IMG/VR virus record: IMGVR_UViG_3300021408_000092
Coordinates: 1 to 37,088 of that record
Source of the DNA: a virus
Taxonomy: Duplodnaviria > Caudoviricetes
Reading direction: 5' to 3' (one strand)
Length of the DNA stretch: 37,088 nucleotides
Both the position numbers and the translations under genes were made by a program. Below the pieces are notes generated by a model that saw nothing but the letters and a program-made list of their open reading frames with translations, searched no databases and was not told where the DNA came from. Shown piece by piece: positions 33,580 through 37,088 of this stretch; the first letter of the stretch is position 1; each line of letters starts with the position of its first letter.

Positions 33580-35262
33580 ATGGCTGTCAAGGCGGTGCGA
33601 GAAGTGAGCCCCTGGACCATCGGGTCGGGGGTGAAAGTTTGGGAAATGATCAACCTTCCGCCCTTCGTGATTGTGGCGTTCAAGATAATAGGCGCCATAT
33701 TTGCCCTGCTGATCTTGGCTGTACAGCACTACGTGATCACGGCCGCTCTGGTTGTGGCGGTCGGTTTGTCTGTGCAGTTTTGGTCGTGGTGGGGGATGTT
33801 CGCGGGGGTGATACCCCCTGCCACGTACTGGACAGCGGTGGTGCTTCTGACGTTGAGGGGCTCAGAAGCATCGTCTGCCCGCTCGGTCATTCAGGGCATG
33901 TGGCGTATTCGCACCATTAAGAAGATGTGGCAGCCGGTCCTGTTCCAGTTGAAGGTGACGTCTCGTGTCGATAGTGAGGCCGTTGCACCTTTGGTGAATG
34001 TGAAACCGACGGATTCTGGTTTGACGGGGAACATTGTTACGGGTGCTGTCGCTCTATCAGCATCGAAACTGGTCAAGTTGGAGCAGGAATTCGCTTCGGG
34101 GTTTTTCTGTGACCGGGTAACGATCCGTCCTATGTCTCCGTCGATGGCTACTGTTCGTTTTGATTGGGGTCAGCATCTGCGGTCCACGTTCCGTTTGCAT
34201 GAGCTGCCTTCCGTGAAGCAGATTGAAGGCAAACCTGCACGTGTACGTTTCGGTGTCCGCGCGGACGGCAACGCAGCAACGCTAGTTTCGAACATTTCCA
34301 CACTGGTGGGTGGCGTTTCTGGTGCTGGTAAGTCGTCGACGATGTGGTCGTTGATCGCCGGGTATCACGAGGTCGTTCCGATTCGCCTTCGCATCATTGA
34401 CCCGTCTGGCGTTGAGTTCGCAAACGCGAAGAAATATTTAGGTCGGGGCTTGGTCCACGACTACGTGTCTGACCCTAAGCAGCCTGGCGCCCGCAAGTTG
34501 GAAGAGTTTTGGGAGGACTTGGAGGAGGACTTCAACCGCCGTATGGCCCGTGTGGAGGCTTCAGGTCACCGCTGGCATAAGCCGACGGAGGCTGAGCCTT
34601 TGGATGTTGTGATCATTGATGAGATTCTTCCTCTGATTTCTTCGTTGAAGAAGGACCCAATGGATCACATCGTGGGCCGCATCTTGTATTTGGGCCGTAA
34701 GGCCGGGTTTGTGGTGTTGGCTGCTTCGCAGGTTGCGCAGAAGGAAGTGATTGGCCCGATCCGTGACCTGTTTCCGCAGCGTTTGTGTCACCGCACAGGA
34801 AACAGGTACATGACCGACGCGTTCTTGGGCGATGGTGCTGAGAGCGACGGTGCGGCTTGTTCAATGCTCGACGTGGAGCGGGATCAGGGTGTTCTGTATT
34901 TGGCTGTTGATGGACAGTCTGGGTATACGGCGGCGCGATCTGCTTGGGTTTCTGATTCTGATACTGGGCAGATAGCGCAAGGGATGCGTCCAGCTCCGAA
35001 GGTTCAGGAACTTAAAACGAAACCTACTTCTTTGTATGCGTTTCATGACCACAGGGGCGCCCTGCTGTATGTGGGGATCGCTGAGCAGACCCGTCTCCAA
35101 AACCGGTGGGATGAACACAAACGCACCAAACAGTGGTGGGGAGAGGTCCACCAGAAGACGGAACTGTACACGTACCCGGACAGGGAGATGGCCGAAACCG
35201 CCGAGGCGGTAATGATCAAAAAGCAGCGCCCAAAGTACAACAAACAGCACAACATGTCCTAG
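33580..35262 (+). CDS. TraB-like FtsK/SpoIIIE DNA translocase with C-terminal GIY-YIG domain
   Basis: N-terminal transmembrane helices; Walker A GVSGAGKS, IIDPSGVE, Walker B VVIIDE, GRKAG..VLAASQ, RDLFPQRL; C-terminal LYAF..GALLYVGI...RWDEH...AEAVMIK..RPKYN. Confidence 0.88.
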   Translation: MAVKAVREVSPWTIGSGVKVWEMINLPPFVIVAFKIIGAIFALLILAVQHYVITAALVVAVGLSVQFWSWWGMFAGVIPPATYWTAVVLLTLRGSEASSARSVIQGMWRIRTIKKMWQPVLFQLKVTSRVDSEAVAPLVNVKPTDSGLTGNIVTGAVALSASKLVKLEQEFASGFFCDRVTIRPMSPSMATVRFDWGQHLRSTFRLHELPSVKQIEGKPARVRFGVRADGNAATLVSNISTLVGGVSGAGKSSTMWSLIAGYHEVVPIRLRIIDPSGVEFANAKKYLGRGLVHDYVSDPKQPGARKLEEFWEDLEEDFNRRMARVEASGHRWHKPTEAEPLDVVIIDEILPLISSLKKDPMDHIVGRILYLGRKAGFVVLAASQVAQKEVIGPIRDLFPQRLCHRTGNRYMTDAFLGDGAESDGAACSMLDVERDQGVLYLAVDGQSGYTAARSAWVSDSDTGQIAQGMRPAPKVQELKTKPTSLYAFHDHRGALLYVGIAEQTRLQNRWDEHKRTKQWWGEVHQKTELYTYPDREMAETAEAVMIKKQRPKYNKQHNMS

Positions 35263-35271
35263 GAGCACATT

Positions 35272-35958
35272 ATGGCTACACGTACTGCACGCATCAAATC
35301 TCATACACGCACATCGAAGAATGGAAAGGTTCACAAGGTTAAGGCGCATGGCCGGGCGGTTTCTATGTCGGAGATGCTCCAGTCGGTGATGCGTAACCCG
35401 TCGTTGAAGAAGGTCAAGTGGGCTGCGATTGGCTCTGTCGGGCTCACAGGAGCGGTATATGTGCTGTCCACGGCCATGTCCGTAGCAGCTTCTCTGGTGT
35501 GGGCGATCCTCCTGGGCTGTATGGCCGTCATGGCGATGCTGTTAATGACGAAAGGCCAGCGTAAAGCGAAGCGAAAAAAGTTTAGGGAGGCTGCTGCGCT
35601 GTCGGTGGAGCGCCGTTTGAAGCTTTGGACGCACCACCAGGTCGTCAAATATCGGAAACCGGTACCAGCGGCAAAGGCTAAACCAAAGCCGAAGGGTGCC
35701 CCCCGTCCGCAGTCCGCATCTGAAGGAGTCACGCACACCACGCCTTCTGAAGGGGAGTTCATTCCTCCGCCGGCGATGCGTGATCCTCTTGCTCCACGCA
35801 AAACTGCTGCTCAGCTGCGTCCATGCGCGCCCTGTAAAGGAACAGGTGTTCTTACGAAAAAGGGACATATAGCAGGTCATGGAGTTCACCTTGGTGCTGG
35901 TGACGCGGCTGTCACGCACTATCAGTGCCGTGCGTGTTTCGGGCAAGGGAAGGCGTAA
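35272..35958 (+). CDS. Membrane protein with basic N-terminus and C-terminal DnaJ-type zinc finger
   Basis: IKSHTR..GKV.KVKAHGR, two hydrophobic helices, CAPCKGTG and CRACFGQG; RBS AGGAG. Confidence 0.75.
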   Translation: MATRTARIKSHTRTSKNGKVHKVKAHGRAVSMSEMLQSVMRNPSLKKVKWAAIGSVGLTGAVYVLSTAMSVAASLVWAILLGCMAVMAMLLMTKGQRKAKRKKFREAAALSVERRLKLWTHHQVVKYRKPVPAAKAKPKPKGAPRPQSASEGVTHTTPSEGEFIPPPAMRDPLAPRKTAAQLRPCAPCKGTGVLTKKGHIAGHGVHLGAGDAAVTHYQCRACFGQGKA

Positions 35959-36027
35959 TTCGGCTGTTCTGCTGATATACTGAGGTGGTATTCGAGGTGC
36001 TTAGAGTGCGACTTGGATGCTCCTAGG

Positions 36028-36076
36028 AAACCCCGCCCAACTGGACTTGTCATCTACCGGGCGGGGTTTTTTCTTT
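36028..36076 (+). terminator. Rho-independent terminator
   Basis: AAACCCCGCCC...GGGCGGGGTTTTTTCTTT. Confidence 0.75.
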
Positions 36077-36102
36077 GTCCTGCTTTCGATGAGCGGGACA
36101 CA

Positions 36103-36133
36103 GTTGCCACAACATCATCATCTGGGCTATTCT
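36103..36133 (+). promoter_or_regulatory. Capsid operon promoter TTGCCA-18-TATTCT with a GTTGCCACAAC box
   Basis: The operator motif overlaps the -35; about 100 nt upstream of the capsid ATG. Confidence 0.65.
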
Positions 36134-36142
36134 GCCCACAAA

Positions 36143-36209
36143 GTCCTGCTGGTACTCGGTCCGGGGACAACCTGAAGACACGCCCTGTCTGGTACTCGGT
36201 CCGGGGGCG
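36143..36209 (+). repeat. Two tandem hairpins sharing an 18-nt core (CTGGTACTCGGTCCGGGG) in the capsid leader
   Basis: Cores at 36149-36166 and 36189-36206, closed by different stems GTCC/GGAC and CGCCC/GGGCG. Confidence 0.8.
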
Positions 36210-36235
36210 GCAAACCCGCCAGCAAAGGACCCAAC

Positions 36236-37088
36236 ATGCTTGATGACGTTATCAAGGCATATCTATCGCCAGATAAGAAAACGTCCCTTGAAACCGCTCT
36301 GGGCAAGGTCGAAGACCTGGACGCGCTTGCCGCTGAAGCCACCGCGAAAAGCAAAGCCCTCGACGAAAAAGACGCCTCCGACCTCACGGACGATGACGTC
36401 ACCGAGTTGCAAGGCATCGCGGAAATCCTGAAATCTGTTCGTTCTATCCGCGCAGAGGCCGCCAAGAAGGCCGCCGACGATCTGGTGGCCGAATCTCAGA
36501 AGAGCGAACGCCTGGAAAAGGCCGAAGCGGCTAAGCAGAGCATCGCTGACCTGGGAAAAGAGCCTGAGAAGGCCGTAGAGGCCCCAGCGAAGGAAGACCC
36601 ACAGCCTGACACCCCCGTGGCGAAAGCCGAACCAGTACAGGAGCCCGCAACCATGCCCGAACCGCAGACGGAACCCGTCGCCGAAACCAAAGAACTCGTC
36701 GGCGCCGGTGTCGGCGGCAACGAACAGTTTGCGGTGTCCTCTCTAACATCCCCTCCTCCCGTAGCTGTCGGAGGACTGGTAGGCAGCAAACTGAATCGCA
36801 TGTTCGCCGTCGACAGCGGTGGCGCTGCAACATCACGCAAGTTTGATGCGATGCTCGATGTGGGTTCCGCTGTCATGTCGGCGCTCGAATCGCCGATGCG
36901 CGGCTTCGGGAAAAACGTCATCGCCCAGTACAAGCGCGACGACCTGGACGAGTTTTCGGTGTGGGGCCGCGACAGCGACTCTGAGGTCATCGAGAAGGTC
37001 ACTGCAAAGCTTCCGGTTTGGGACCGGACGGCCGGGCAGTACGCGGCCGGATGGTGTGCACCTTCTGAAACCCTCTACGAACTTTGCC
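36236..37088 (+). CDS. Major capsid (hexamer) protein, N-terminal part with scaffold-like region; ~588 aa when joined to 131..1044
   Basis: ATG 36236 after AAAGGA; open to the window end; coiled-coil and Pro/Glu-rich N-terminus; in frame with position 1. Confidence 0.88.
   Translation, partial: MLDDVIKAYLSPDKKTSLETALGKVEDLDALAAEATAKSKALDEKDASDLTDDDVTELQGIAEILKSVRSIRAEAAKKAADDLVAESQKSERLEKAEAAKQSIADLGKEPEKAVEAPAKEDPQPDTPVAKAEPVQEPATMPEPQTEPVAETKELVGAGVGGNEQFAVSSLTSPPPVAVGGLVGSKLNRMFAVDSGGAATSRKFDAMLDVGSAVMSALESPMRGFGKNVIAQYKRDDLDEFSVWGRDSDSEVIEKVTAKLPVWDRTAGQYAAGWCAPSETLYELC
36959..37088 (+). repeat. Terminal direct repeat matching 1..130
   Basis: 129 of 130 positions identical. Confidence 0.95.

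Noticed and set aside
33580-35262. Packaging ATPase or type VII secretion EccC
   Set aside because: A canonical TerL already exists; there is a single ATPase domain, no WXG100 genes, and Spd-like neighbours.
36143-36209. Mini CRISPR array
   Set aside because: Only two 18-nt copies with a 22-nt gap and no cas genes; the flanks pair around each copy, which fits an RNA hairpin better.
1-37088. tRNA or rRNA genes
   Set aside because: No cloverleaf or rRNA-like segment recognised by eye in the short intergenic gaps; tRNAscan-SE or ARAGORN would be needed to exclude them formally.

Overview
This window looks like a complete, circularly assembled genome (unit length about 36,958 bp; 130-bp terminal overlap) of a tailed siphovirus-type phage with an actinomycete host. 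The major capsid gene runs across the window junction (36236..37088 + 1..1044). It is followed by a second (pentamer-type) capsid protein, a tail tube with a PKD domain, holin, neck proteins, frameshifting tail chaperones, tape measure and tail-tip genes (to 12029). Next come a leftward recombination block (VRR-NUC, YqaJ exonuclease, Rad52-like annealase, ribbon-helix-helix regulator), an isolated endolysin and the packaging module (TerS, TerL, portal, MuF, prohead protease). A ~13-kb non-structural block then separates protease from capsid. It holds a lambda-O-like initiator with internal iterons and a candidate antisense RNA, an Acb2/Tad1-like anti-defence gene and many small early genes. 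Most notably, it also carries a module resembling actinomycete plasmid transfer/spread genes: a DUF2637/SpdA-like membrane-HTH gene saturated with CGACA repeats, coupled small membrane proteins, and a TraB-like FtsK translocase ending in a GIY-YIG domain. I see no integrase or ParA. The working hypothesis is a phage-plasmid that could spread both as a virion and by TraB-type hyphal DNA transfer. A GTTGCCACAAC-type operator overlaps sigma70-type promoters at six intergenic sites. All family calls come from motifs recognised by eye; no database search was run.
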